64,000 nucleotides of DNA from Antedon mediterranea. Lineage: Eukaryota; Animalia; Echinodermata. Location: NCBI RefSeq assembly GCF_964355755.1, contig NC_092672.1, positions 38,012,437 to 38,076,436 of the forward strand. The letters run 5' to 3'. The position numbers and the translations under genes are program-made. The notes under the pieces are model-generated. The model saw only the letters and a program-made list of their open reading frames with translations, was not told the origin of the DNA and did not search any database. Shown in pieces: positions 1-13,780 of the stretch (the stretch's first letter is position 1; each line of letters begins with the position of its first letter).

Positions 1-3000
1 TACAGTCATACTCGTAATCAACTTATATACAGTCATACTACAAATCAACTTATATACAGTCATACTCTTAATCAACTTATATACAGTCATACTCGTAATC
101 AACTTAAATACAGTCATACTCGTAATCAACTTATATACAGTCATACTACAAATCAACTTATATACAGTCATACTACAAATCAACTTATATACAGTCATAC
201 TACAAATCAACTTATATACAGTCATACTACAAATCAACTTATATACAGTCATACTACAAATCAACTTATATACAGTCATACTCGTAATCAACTTATATAC
301 AGTCATACTACAAATCAACTTATATACAGTCATACTACAAATCAACTTATATACAGTCATACTCGTAATCAACTTATATACAGTCATACTCTTAATCAAC
401 TTATATACAGTCATACTACAAATCAACTTATATACAGTCATACTACAAATCAACTTATATACAGTCATACTCGTAATCAACTTATATACAGTCATACTAC
501 AAATCAACTTATATACAGTCATACTCGTAATCAACTTATATACAGTCATACTACAAATCAACTTATATATAGTCATACTCGTAATCAACTTATATACAGT
601 CATACTCGTAATCAACTTATATACAGTCATACTACAAATCAACTTATATACAGTCATACTCGTAATCAACTTATATACAGTCATACTACAAATCAACTTA
701 TATACAGTCATACTCGTAATCAACTTATATACAGTCATACTCGTAATCAACTTATATACAGTCATACTACAAATCAACTTATATACAGTCATACTCTTAA
801 TCAACTTATATACAGTCATACTACAAATCAACTTATATACAGTCATACTACAAATCAACTTATATACAGTCATACTCGTAATCAACTTATATACAGTCAT
901 ACTCGTAATCAACTTATATACAGTCATACTACAAATCAACTTATATACAGTCATACTCTTAATCAACTTATATACAGTCATACTACAAATCAACTTATAT
1001 ACAGTCATACTACAAATCAACTTATATACAGTCATACTCGTAATCAACTTATATACAGTCATACTCGTAATCAACTTATATACAGTCATACTCGTAATCA
1101 ACTTATATACAGTCATACTCGTAATCAACTTATATACAGTCATACTCGTAATCAACTTATATACAGTCATACTCGTAATCAACTTATATACAGTCATACT
1201 ACAAATCAACTTATATACAGTCATACTCCAAATCAACTTATATACAGTCATACTCGTAATCAACTTATATACAGTCATACTCGTAATCAACTTATATACA
1301 GTCATACTACAAATCAACTTATATACAGTCATACTCGTAATCAACTTATATACAGTCATACTCCAAATCAACTTATATACAGTCATACTACAAATCAACT
1401 TATATACAGTCATACTCCAAATCAACTTATATACAGTCATACTCCAAATCAACTTATATACAGTCATACTCTTAATCAACTTATATACAGTCATACTCGT
1501 AATCAACTTATATACAGTCATACTCTTAATCAACTTATATACAGTCATACTCGTAATCAACTTATATACAGTCATACTACAAATCAACTTATATACAGTC
1601 ATACTACAAATCAACTTATATACAGTCATACTCGTAATCAACTTATATACAGTCATACTACAAATCAACTTATATACAGTCATACTCTTAATCAACTTAT
1701 ATACAGTCATACTCGTAATCAACTTATATACAGTCATACTCTTAATCAACTTATATACAGTCATACTCGTAATCAACTTATATACAGTCATACTACAAAT
1801 CAACTTATATACAGTCATACTCGTAATCAACTTATATACAGTCATACTCCAAATCAACTTATATACAGTCATACTCGTAATCAACTTATATACAGTCATA
1901 CTACAAATCAACTTATATACAGTCATACTACAAATCAACTTATATACAGTCATACTACAAATCAACTTATATACAGTCATACTCCAAATCAACTTATATA
2001 CAGTCATACTCCAAATCAACTTAAATACAGTCATACTCCAAATCAACTTATATACAGTCATACTACAAATCAACTTATATACAGTCATACTACAAATCAA
2101 CTTACATACAGTCATACTCGTAATCAACTTAAATACAGTCATACTCGTAAACAACTTATATACAGTCATACTCGTAATCAACTTATATACAGTCATACTA
2201 CAAATCAACTTATATACAGTCATACTCGTAATCAACTTATATACAGTCATACTCCAAATCAACTTATATACAGTCATACTACAAATCAACTTATATACAG
2301 TCATACTCGTAATCAACTTATATACAGTCATACTACAAATCAACTTATATACAGTCATACTACAAATCAACTTATATACAGTCATACTCGTAATCAACTT
2401 ATATACAGTCATACTCCAAATCAACTTATATACAGTCATACTCGTAATCAACTTATATACAGTCATACTCGTAAACAACTTATATACAGTCATACTACAA
2501 ATCAACTTATATACAGTCATACTACAAATCAACTTATATACAGTCATACTCCAAATCAACTTATATACAGTCATACTCGTAATCAACTTATATACAGTCA
2601 TACTCCAAATCAACTTATATACAGTCATACTACAAATCAACTTATATACAGTCATACTCGTAATCAACTTATATACAGTCATACTCCAAATCAACTTATA
2701 TACAGTCATACTCGTAATCAACTTATATACAGTCATACTCGTAATCAACTTATATACAGTCATACTCGTAATCAACTTATATACAGTCATTCTCCAAATC
2801 AACTTATATACAGTCATACTCCAAATCAACTTATATACAGTCATACTCGTAATCAACTTATATACAGTCATACTCGTAATCAACTTATATACAGTCATAC
2901 TCGTAATCAACTTATATACAGTCATACTCGTAATCAACTTATATACAGTCATACTCGTAATCAACTTATATACAGTCATACTCGTAATCAACTTATATAC

Positions 3001-5854
3001 AGTCATACTCGTAATCAACTTATATACAGTCATACTACAAATCAACTTATATACAGTCATACTCGTAATCAACTTATATACAGTCATACTCGTAATCAAC
3101 TTATATACAGTCATACTCGTAATCAACTTATATACAGTCATACTCGTAATCAACTTATATACAGTCATACTCGTAATCAACTTATATACAGTCATACTCG
3201 TAATCAACTTATATACAGTCATACTCGTAATCAACTTATATATAGTCATACTCGTAATCAACTTATATACAGTCATACTCCAAATCAACTTATATACAGT
3301 CATACTCCAAATCAACTTATATACAGTCATACTCCAAATCAACTTATATACAGTCATACTCCAAATCAACTTATATACAGTCATACTCGTAATCAACTTA
3401 TATACAGTCATACTCGTAATCAACTTATATACAGTCATACTACAAATCAACTTATATACAGTCATACTCGTAATCAACTTATATACAGTCATACTCCAAA
3501 TCAACTTATATACAGTCATACTACAAATCAACTTATATACAGTCATACTCGTAATCAACTTATATACAGTCATACTCGTAATCAACTTATATACAGTCAT
3601 ACTCGTAATCAACTTATATACAGTCATACTCCAAATCAACTTATATACAGTCATACTCCAAATCAACTTATATACAGTCATACTCCAAATCAACTTATAT
3701 ACAGTCATACTCGTAATCAACTTATATACAGTCATACTCCAAATCAACTTATATACAGTCATACTCGTAATCAACTTAATACAGTCATACTACAAATCAA
3801 CTTATATACAGTCATACTCCAAATCAACTTATATACAGTCATACTACAAATCAACTTATATACAGTCATACTCGTAATCAACTTATATACAGTCATACTC
3901 CAAATCAACTTATATACAGTCATACTCGTAATCAACTTATATACAGTCATACTCGTAATCAACTTAATACAGTCATACTACAAATCAACTTATATACAGT
4001 CATACTCCAAATCAACTTATATACAGTCATACTCCAAATCAACTTATATACAGTCATACTCGTAATCAACTTATATACAGTCATACTCCAAATCAACTTA
4101 TATACAGTCATACTCGTAATCAACTTATATACAGTCATACTCGTAATCAACTTATATACAGTCATACTCCAAATCAACTTATATACAGTCATACTCGTAA
4201 TCAACTTATATACAGTCATACTCGTAATCAACTTATATACAGTCATACTCCAAATCAACTTATATACAGTCATACTCCAAATCAACTTATATACAGTCAT
4301 ACTCCAAATCAACTTATATACAGTCATACTCGTAATCAACTTATATACAGTCATACTCGTAATCAACTTATATACAGTCATACTCGTAATCAACTTATAT
4401 ACAGTCATACTCGTAATCAACTTATATACAGTCATACTCGTAATCAACTTATATACAGTCATACTCGTAATCAACTTATATACAGTCATACTCGTAATCA
4501 ACTTATATACAGTCATACTCGTAATCAACTTATATATAGTCATACTCGTAATCAACTTATATACAGTCATACTCCAAATCAACTTATATACAGTCATACT
4601 CCAAATCAACTTATATACAGTCATACTCCAAATCAACTTATATACAGTCATACTCGTAATCAACTTATATACAGTCATACTCGTAATCAACTTATATACA
4701 GTCATACTACAAATCAACTTATATACAGTCATACTCGTAATCAACTTATATACAGTCATACTCCAAATCAACTTATATACAGTCATACTCGTAATCAACT
4801 TATATACAGTCATACTACAAATCAACTTATATACAGTCATACTACAAATCAACTTATATACAGTCATACTCCAAATCAACTTATATACAGTCATACTCCA
4901 AATCAACTTATATACAGTCATACTCGTAATCAACTTATATACAGTCATACTCCAAATCAACTTATATACAGTCATACTCGTAATCAACTTATATACAGTC
5001 ATACTCCAAATCAACTTATATATAGTCATACTCGTAATCAACTTATATACAGTCATACTCCTAATCAACTTATATACAGTCATACTCCAAATCAACTTAT
5101 ATACAGTCATACTCCAAATCAACTTATATACAGTCATACTACAAATCAACTTATATACAGTCATACTCGTAATCAACTTATATACAGTCATACTCCAAAT
5201 CAACTTATATACAGTCATACTCCAAATCAACTTATATACAGTCATACTCCAAATCAACTTATATACAGTCATACTCCAAATCAACTTATATACAGTCATA
5301 CTACAAATCAACTTATATACAGTCATACTCGTAATCAACTTATATACAGTCATACTCCAAATCAACTTATATACAGTCATACTACAAATCAACTTATATA
5401 CAGTCATACTCCAAATCAACTTATATACAGTCATACTCGTAATCAACTTATATACAGTCATACTCGTAATCAACTTATATACAGTCATACTCCAAATCAA
5501 CTTATATACAGTCATACTACAAATCAACTTATATACAGTCATACTCCAAATCAACTTATATACAGTCATACTCGTAATCAACTTATATACAGTCATACTC
5601 GTAATCAACTTATATACAGTCATACTCGTAATCAACTTATATACAGTCATACTCGTAATCAACTTATATACAGTCATACTACAAATCAACTTATATACAG
5701 TCATACTACAAATCAACTTATATACAGTCATACTCCAAATCAACTTATATACAGTCATACTCCAAATCAACTTATATACAGTCATACTCCAAATCAACTT
5801 ATATACAGTCATACTCGTAATCAACTTATATACAGTCATACTACAAATCAACTT
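1..5854. repeat. 27-bp tandem satellite, about 217 units, open at the left window edge
   Basis: Unit TACAGTCATACT[CGT/ACA/CCA/CTT]AATCAACTTATA repeated continuously. Variation is almost confined to one 3-nt window. 1-bp deletion units occur near 3778 and 3966. Confidence 0.99.
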
Positions 5855-6116
5855 TGAGTGCGTTGGTATATTGTATAGATTGTTATTGGAATTATAATAC
5901 TGTGTATTGTCATTGTATGAATATTAAACTGAAACTGGTACCAGGTTGGTGTTAATCAATTCCACGTGGAGTAATTTAAGATTGAAATTTAAATTCGAGT
6001 AATTTTAGTCATACAACTGCGAACTTACACATTAATAATAAATTCGTGTCATATGGTAAATTGATAACGTTTGCAAATAATAGTACAATTTTGCCAATTC
6101 CTGTTTTACTTGAATC

Positions 6117-6238
6117 AGAGCCTTAAAACTAGTTGACAAAAAACTGTGATGTGCCCAAATATGGTAGTTATATGACGTCCATATGCGCACATCACATTTT
6201 TTGTCACATAAAGGTTGATAAATGTTGACAGAGCTTTA
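6117..6238. mobile_element. degenerate short MITE of the AGAGCTTT/ACAGAGC family
   Basis: Shares the core (aaactagtttgacaaaaaa..gtgatgtgcccaaatatggtagt..gacagagcttta) with copies at 61067-61166 and 63352-63494. Confidence 0.6.
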
Positions 6239-6394
6239 TACTGTATTGATGTTTTTCTAGAAAGTGCGTATTTTACGAAGTTTTACTAAACAACCCATCT
6301 TAATTCAAATATATGATGCACCAACAAACTAGCTTAAATTACATTTCTAATCTACATAATATTAATATTAATCTCGTGCTTTTTTTTTTTTCAG

Positions 6395-6781
6395 AATGGA
6401 CAGATTTTGTTTTAGGTAAATCTAGAACATGGACAAACACTGCCCTCAATTGGTTGCTTTATCAGCCCAACGTTCATGTCGTGTACTACGAACATTTAAA
6501 AGCAGATATATATTTACGGAGAATTGAACAAGATTGTGCAATTTTTTAAACTGCCAGTAAATGAAAATCGGTTACTATGCATTGCGAGTGACCCGGTGGG
6601 TAAATTTAAAAGACCCCCGGCGCCTAAAAATAAACAGCTAGAGTTTGATCCATTTACTGAAGATATGAGAGAGATGGTTAGTTTATATATCAAATCTGTT
6701 GCCATGGCATTAGAAGCGAGAAATCAAGAACCATTACCAGACCAGTACAATCCAAAATTTACATTCCAAAGCCACGATTAA
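6395..6781 (+). CDS. terminal exon of a WSCD-family sulfotransferase-domain gene, frameshifted at about 6506-6515
   Basis: Polypyrimidine tract and CAG acceptor end at 6394. Translation EWTDFVLGKSRTWTNTALNWL..VHVVYYEHLKAD / IYGELNKIVQFFKLPVNENRLLCI..GKFKR..DPFTEDMREMV..* resembles the C-terminus of WSCD1/2-type sulfotransferase domains (YE.L, RL.C, G.FKR, DPFT). Removing 4 nt (ATAT) joins the two ORFs. Confidence 0.75.
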
Positions 6782-7382
6782 GAAATTCAACTGAATCTAT
6801 TGAGTCTAACAGTCATTCTGTGCATTATCATTATGTTTCTGAGCATGCGCAAAATGATGTTTTTACTCAATAGAGGCCACGTATAGTTTAGTTGCGCGTG
6901 TAAAATGAAAGGTCGCTTATGCTGCGTGCGCGCACGAAATCGTCCCGGGGTGATTTAACGCATTTAAAAATACTTTCAGAGAATTTCTAAAAAGCAAAAA
7001 GAAAGATATATTGAACCGCTGTTGTGCTTGTTACCCATCACGTTGCTACCTCTATTAGCAAACTCTATGCATATTCATTAAACATACAAGTATAGTTAGT
7101 ACACAAAAGGCATTTTACTTTGCTTAGTTATTTTCCCGGGTCAGTCTGTTCGTACCCAACAAAGTTAGCGATAACTTTACCCATAGTACCCGAATAACTA
7201 AGCCTTATTAGGTGGTGGAGTCAATATGGTGGAAGGAACAGCCTGTTTTGTTTGATTTGCTATAGCTCACTAGGTAATGGGGTACAATTCATATTGTATA
7301 TGGTGTTGGGATGGTAAACGGGGTAATTTAATAACCGTATATGAAATAATTATTTAGTATATTGGTTTAATATTTCCGAAAA

Positions 7383-7383
7383 T

Positions 7384-7415
<32 letters not shown>

Positions 7416-8006
7416 TTCTGGTTTATTAAAAACAAAGACATGGCAGTACAAAACTGAATTGCGTCCAGTAACATAAACATAAAAAGTATATCAAAAACGA
7501 GCAAGATTTACACAAACATCCAATATAAAAATATATATATATATATACAAAATGCATTAAAATAAAATAAAGAATATACAATTACAAATTTACAAAGATA
7601 TATATCAAAAACGAGCAAAATTACACAACCATCTAATATAAAAATATATATATACACATAAATTCATAAAAAAAAAAAATAAAGAATATACAATTACAAA
7701 TTTAAAAACTGCGAGTAAAATTATTAATTATCCGTAGGCCTATCAAAATTAAGAATTTCATATATATATATTATTGCACTATTAAAGGTCATTGTTAATC
7801 AGGAATGGGAGTGTGGATTTCTTAAATCTTTCTGTTCTACATTTAATTTGGGATATTTTGTTTGCGTTTCTGAGAGATCTACCTGTCGCTTCAGCACGGG
7901 TATTGGGGATAATATTACTAAATTTTTCATGGACACTCCTCTCAAACTTCAGAACAAGCTGGAGACGACGGTCACAGAGCCTATCAAGAGAAAATTTATC
8001 TGACAA
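7383..8006 (-). mobile_element. 5'-truncated non-LTR retrotransposon 3' end (L2/CR1-group-like) with a (TAAA)n tail
   Basis: ORF 7782-8006 L.DRR..L..KF....RSLRN......CRTERFKKS.LP resembles a LINE ORF2 C-terminus. It is followed by an AT-rich 3' UTR with an internal duplication of about 110 bp and (TTTA)n at 7383-7416. Confidence 0.65.
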
Positions 8007-9699
8007 TTAAATTATTGCAATTTTTTACATTATGAAATTATCAAAATCTTTTAAAATGTATATACTTATTTTTTTATTTACTTTATACTTTATTCTTTAC
8101 AAGAATATAAATATATCTGTTGTTTTTTAGTTTAATATCGACATTTCTTTTTATAGTATTGTTAATTACCGCAATTCATTATTGCTGTGTATTATTTCAG
8201 AATCTAATGGTCTTTCAGATGTCAATTGAACTCAGTTTTAAATCAGTACGCATAAAACTGCTATAATAATTATAGGCTTAATGTAAGTTTTAGTGACAAT
8301 TTTAGTGACACTTATTCTCAATTAAATACCGGACCACAAACTTTGATACAGCTTTTATACGCGCGCGTCGTGTTAAATGATGTTGGTGATATGACATTTT
8401 CATCGCGTTCAATTGTTGATAGGATATTTTTTACGCGCGCGTCTCATTCAATAGTTGTACGCGCGCGTAACCTTTTTGTCGATAATAATTTCTGGTAATA
8501 AATAGACTAATGTACTTCCGAGTTGTCTCATGCAAAAGTAAATAATAACAATGTAAACTTCTGTTCGTATAAAACTGTAATTTAGAATATTTAAGATATA
8601 TTTTGTAAAGATTAGTTAATTATTTCAAGACGAACGTTCATGTTATATTGATAAGTATTATACGATATGTATGTACATTAATTAATCCATGTTTAAAATG
8701 ACATAAGATACCTGAGTGCCTAAACAAGTGTACAAACGCTGTCTGTCTGTCTGTCTGTCTTAGGAGCTTTAAAACGAATCGTTATGGTTCAAGGTGTGCA
8801 TTGTTTTCATTTCTCTACAGAACTTTGTTTCGTTCACCTCGTAAGTTAATTATTTTATTTTACTCAATATAACATTTTGATTACACGATCACATTATTTA
8901 ATATACTAAATTTGACAATACCGAATTGAAGTAAATCAAAACAATAAATATATATTGAATGTTTTAAATAATATCAGGTACACTATCATGCTTTCAATGG
9001 ATACACTATCCTAAAGACATTCTTTTTTTCGTCTTTCTCCATTTTCTTTCATTCCAATGTTGGGTTTCCTATCCTTGTGTGTTATTCCAGTACCGTACAT
9101 TGATGCCACTGTGCTGTTTTTATCAACGTCATACAGTATTCATGATTTGTATTTATTAATAATTTATTAATGTAATTTTGAAAAGTAATACCTTGATAAT
9201 TCATTTGTTAAAACAGATGTTTCATTTAATTTGTGCAATATATGATGCCTCTATAATGTAACACTTAATTTCATTAATTGAAAACATTTTGATTTTTAAA
9301 GAGGGTATTGATACAAGTCTATTCTGTGTATACTGCGCATGCTCAAAGTATAATATTTAAATAAGCCAACAAAATAATGTTCACTTATTTTAGTTAATTT
9401 ATATTTTGGACATGCTCTGTAGAATTTTAAATGTTTCCCTGTTTTTGTTTTAATCTTCGGGATTCTTTGTAAAGCAATTTAGGAAAGGTTCTATTTTCAG
9501 TACTAATTGTAAATATAGGCAGGTGGTGATGAATAAATATGTATATGCGATTACTAACTTATTGTCTGAAAATGTGTCATTTTTATTTTCTTTTTAAGTC
9601 TTACTCCACTCTCCAAGCCTAAAATAAGACTTAGTTTACATAATCAATCTATCTTGTAATAACTTGTTATTGGATGTGTATGAAATAATATATGCATAA

Positions 9700-10525
9700 A
9701 GGCCAATTTACACCGACGAGCGGTAACGGTAATAAAAATATAGAATCTATGTTATATGACCATTATACACACAACGCGGAACGGACGGGCGGTTTCATGT
9801 CTCAGGATAGATACAGAATCTACGTGGGACAAGCTACGTGGTTTTCCACTCTCAGGATAGATACAGAATCTACGTGGGACAAGCTACGTGGTTTTCCACT
9901 CTCAGGATAGATACAGAATCTACGTGGGACAAGCTACGCGGTTTTCCACTCTCAGGATAGATACAGAATCTACGTGGGACAAGCTACGTGGTTTTCCACT
10001 CTCAGGATAGATACAGAATCTACGTGGGACAAGCTACGCGGTTTTCCACTCTCAGGATAGATACAGAATCTACGTGGGACAAGCTACGTGGTTTTCCACT
10101 CTCAGGATAGATACAGAATCTACGTGGGACAAGCTACGCGGTTTTCCACTCTCAGGATAGATACAGAATCTACGTGGGACAAGCTACATGGTTTTCCACT
10201 CTCAGGATAGATACAGAATCTACGTGGGACAAGCTACGTGGTTTTCCACTCTCAGGATAGATACAGAATCTACGTGGGACAAGCTACGTGGTTTTCCACT
10301 CTCAGGGTAGATACAGAATCTACGTGGGACAAGCTACGTGGTTTTCCACTCTCAGGATAGATACAGAATCTACGTGGGACAAGCTACGTGGTTTTCCGCT
10401 CTCAGGATAGATACAGAATCTACGTGGACAAGCTTCGCGGTTTTCCGCTCTCAGGATAGATACAGAATCTACGTGGGACAAGCTACGCGGTTTTCCGCTT
10501 ACCGTTACCGCTCGTCGTATTGCCT
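9700..10525. mobile_element. MITE (PIF/Harbinger-like termini) containing about 14 copies of a 50-bp minisatellite
   Basis: Inverted termini AGGCCAATTTACACCGACGAGCGGTAACGGTAA / TTACCGTTACCGCTCGTCGTATTGCCT. Internal unit CTCAGGATAGATACAGAATCTACGTGGGACAAGCTACGTGGTTTTCCACT spans about 9801-10498. Confidence 0.8.
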
Positions 10526-13500
10526 TGATCACATCCGCTGAACAAAATGAGACTATAGGGTGCGCCATACACCTTGCTTTGAGATTATAGCCTGAGAAAA
10601 TATCATAGCAGCTATCTTGATGAGAATGTAAGTTTATATATATCTTTTGCTAAGACCCATCTTTAAATAAGGGTACAGGAGATAAGATGTAGAGTCAAAA
10701 CTCCCTCATAATCATCGTAAAAATGATTCGTATAAATCGTATAATTGTATATTGGTAGAATACGGTAAATCACCATCACAAATGCTGCCACCATGCTCAT
10801 CTACATACATACATACATGTGTCACGCGCTATTCTCTAAATTCTTGATTAATAAAAACAGATGGATATGCAATAGTTGACGTGGTGATAGTTGTCATAAC
10901 AACCTTTTAACAACTGTACACAAAGTATTTATATAGATATTTGTGGCTTTTCTTATCTACTTTATCATAATCAAAATAAGTTCTAACTACTTGACACCTA
11001 ATCATTAAATACACAATGTACACGCCTAATTGTTTTCTCTCACTGCTGTACATAAACGTCCTAAAATCTCATGGTTTGATTATAGTAATCCTTAGAATTA
11101 TACGAGATATATTATAGTATTGACTTGAAAATGTACCGTTGTCCGTGATTTGTGTCGCGTCACCCCTCCTCGCGTCATGTCCTCCCCATCCTAATCTGTG
11201 TTTTTGTCGCAAAAGGCTCTCTTGTAGTATTTTGTTTTGCCCCGTCCAAATGACCACATAATGATCTTATCTGATAGCTAGCTGACCATCTCTTTACCCA
11301 TCAAGAGTAAATAGGCCTACTGTTGCTGTATATAGGTTACAATCTGTTTGCACAGGAAATGCCAGAAGTTACTATATACATAATGTGTGTGCATTTGTGT
11401 TTTAGATAAAATGGTCTCGCATTGAAATATGGAAAAACCCTAATGATTTTAATACAATATTGTATTTCTCCAAAGTTTTCTTGAATTTTGGTTTAATTGT
11501 TATAAATACTATGACGTAATTTGTCGGCACGTTGTTATGTTTCATAATCTGATCTAATGGTGTAGGCAGCTATGTTTAGGTAATAGTTGTGTATACACAA
11601 ACAACATAAGTTATTAAAAGTACATTACAACCACTATGTAGGCCTATGCAAACATTTTATCGGAAGTCGACTTTACCGGTCTAAATTTCGCAACAACTTC
11701 CATCCATTCGGGCACTGAATACCTGTTATGACATCGTACGTACGTGACTGTTTTTTAAAGTTGTCTCAGATCAGAATTTTATTTCTTAAGTTTGTCTCAA
11801 ATCAGGAGAACCTACGAATATTATGTACCGTTGTTCCAATCCGCTAAACCTTTACCTAGGAATTGAGTGAGGAAGCACGTGCATCCCAGTGTTCCGCACA
11901 ACGAATTAAAATGACACAACTAGGTCGTAGTCGCATTGAAAGCCAACCTCGACTAACCACTCCCCCCCCCCCCCATCCCACCACTCCCATGATAGTTAAT
12001 TCTATCCTGAAGAAAATGATGCAGAAGTCTTCTTGGATTGTATTTGCCTGGATTCCAGCTTTATATTACTGGGACGAATGTTTAATTTAAAATATCTTGC
12101 TAAACGTTTTAGAGTAACACTGAGCTCTTTTATAATAATGTACATTTTTTTAAAGAGCAACGAAGTGCCAATTGAATCTGTAGATAGAATACTGGTCTGA
12201 AGTTTGTGAAACTGAGCCTATAATAGTTCATGATACAAAAGAAGAAAATACAACCATACTTCAAATCAACTTATATACAGTCGTACTCCACAGGAGCTTT
12301 AATGATTGAGGAGCCTATACTCGAGGAGCCTATTCATTACAAGCTATGCTTTTATTTGGGCTCCTCCACTTTATTTAAGTTATTGGTAAAGTGAAATAAA
12401 ATGAAAATCAAATGAATAAAAGCACTCAAACTAGCATGTCTATAGCAAAATGCTGATTAAACCAATAGAACGTAGGATTGGTTACCCTATAAATAAATGG
12501 TGTAAGCCCTTATTTGCTATTGTTTTGTTGTACAAAGTCCTAAAGAACTCGCTCTGTTTAACTAACGTAGGCCACCACATGCCTCTTGCGTGCAGTCCTT
12601 ACTGCATGTTACTTGTCATTAGTTCTACAGTTTATAAGAAAATAAAAGAAGATTAATTAACATTGTTTTATTGAAGTATTTGGACAACTATGGCCATATT
12701 TGGCCCCAAGTATATATTTTGTTTACTTTTATTAATTTTTGGATCAATACCTGCTGTGATATTACGTAAGTAATTTTTAAAATCTTATCACCTGATACGT
12801 CGAGTGCATATCAGTGGTGAAGTTTCAAAGTGATTTTGTATTTTCAACCGTTTTTCATGTGTAAAATGCAAAACGTGTCCCATGACTGCATGTAGCAAAA
12901 CAAAATAAGGTGCCTCGTTTTTTTTAAAAACAACTTCTGATTTATCTCCGTGTTCTTATAAACCCTGCACCATGTGTAATCCATAATTATACACTAAAAA
13001 CTGTATTTTATTTTTACAAAATTAATAAAATAATCAAGATTATGAGTTTGACATATAAAGTCTGGCTTGTTTCATTCCATTTTGACAACTTAATATAAGT
13101 AATAAAGAAACGGTTTGCAAAAAGAACCCCCCCCCCCCCCAAAAAAAAAGATCAAGGAAACACAATAACCCAATGATGGTACTCCCAAAACTGGTATAAT
13201 TCTGGTCATTTCATACTCCACTACCCACCAACTCCTCCAGCGGCATATTACTGTTATTTCGGATCAAATATCATGCCGGTCACTTTGATACCCCAATATA
13301 ACGAAGAAACAGCCGAGTACGGAAAAGTTAGGAATTGAAACGATTTTGAATAATTAATATTTCATTCTCAACTTTTTAACTATTAAATGAGAAAACGGGC
13401 GGCATGGTACCTAGTAGGCCTACATGACTTACACGTACCATCGTTAAAGCTTGCTAATTGCCAAATGTCATTTTGTTCTTCTATACGTATTTCAGTACAC

Positions 13501-13689
13501 GAAATGTTACCTATTCCACTGGGTGTTTTAAAAATAACAGGCCCCCTTTTTTTTAACCATATTTATTGAGGGTGATCCATCCAGCAATTGCTGATCATTA
13601 GGGACCCTCAGAGTTTCAGAAGACAAACAAATCCAAGATGCTCTACATACAAAAAGTCTTATTACAAGTCATTGGGAGTGGAATTGTAA

Positions 13690-13780
13690 TTTTGTTCTTT
13701 GAAAAAATCCTGATATCTGACGGGACTTGAACCCAGGACCCTTGGAGTGGTAGCCAAGCATCATAACCACCAGGCCTAAG
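13690..13780 (-). mobile_element. tRNA-derived SINE head
   Basis: Minus strand GGCCTGGTGGTTATGATGCTTGGCTACCACTCCAAGGGTCCTGGGTTCAAGTCCC has A-box-like and B-box (GGTTCAAGTCC) motifs but no good acceptor stem. The segment is absent from duplication copy 2. Confidence 0.55.

Noticed and set aside
3771-5851. 630-aa and 63-aa SMTVYKLI-repeat ORFs
   Set aside because: Artefact of a stop-free 27-bp (9-codon) satellite. A + strand frame is open too, 1-bp deletions break the frame, and there are no splice or gene signals.
8763-8840. Possible signal-peptide first exon of gene A (ESLWFKVCIVFISLQNFVSFT followed by GTAAGT)
   Set aside because: The hydrophobic frame has no ATG and ends in phase 2, incompatible with the phase-1 exon at 22715. 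It cannot be supported without transcripts.
9801-10498. CRISPR-like array of 50-bp repeats (also the 27-bp and 19-bp arrays)
   Set aside because: Units are head-to-tail with no unique spacers, there are no cas genes, and the context is eukaryotic.
13690-13780. Functional tRNA gene (also 29530-29610)
   Set aside because: A B-box is present but there is no complete cloverleaf; better explained as SINE heads.
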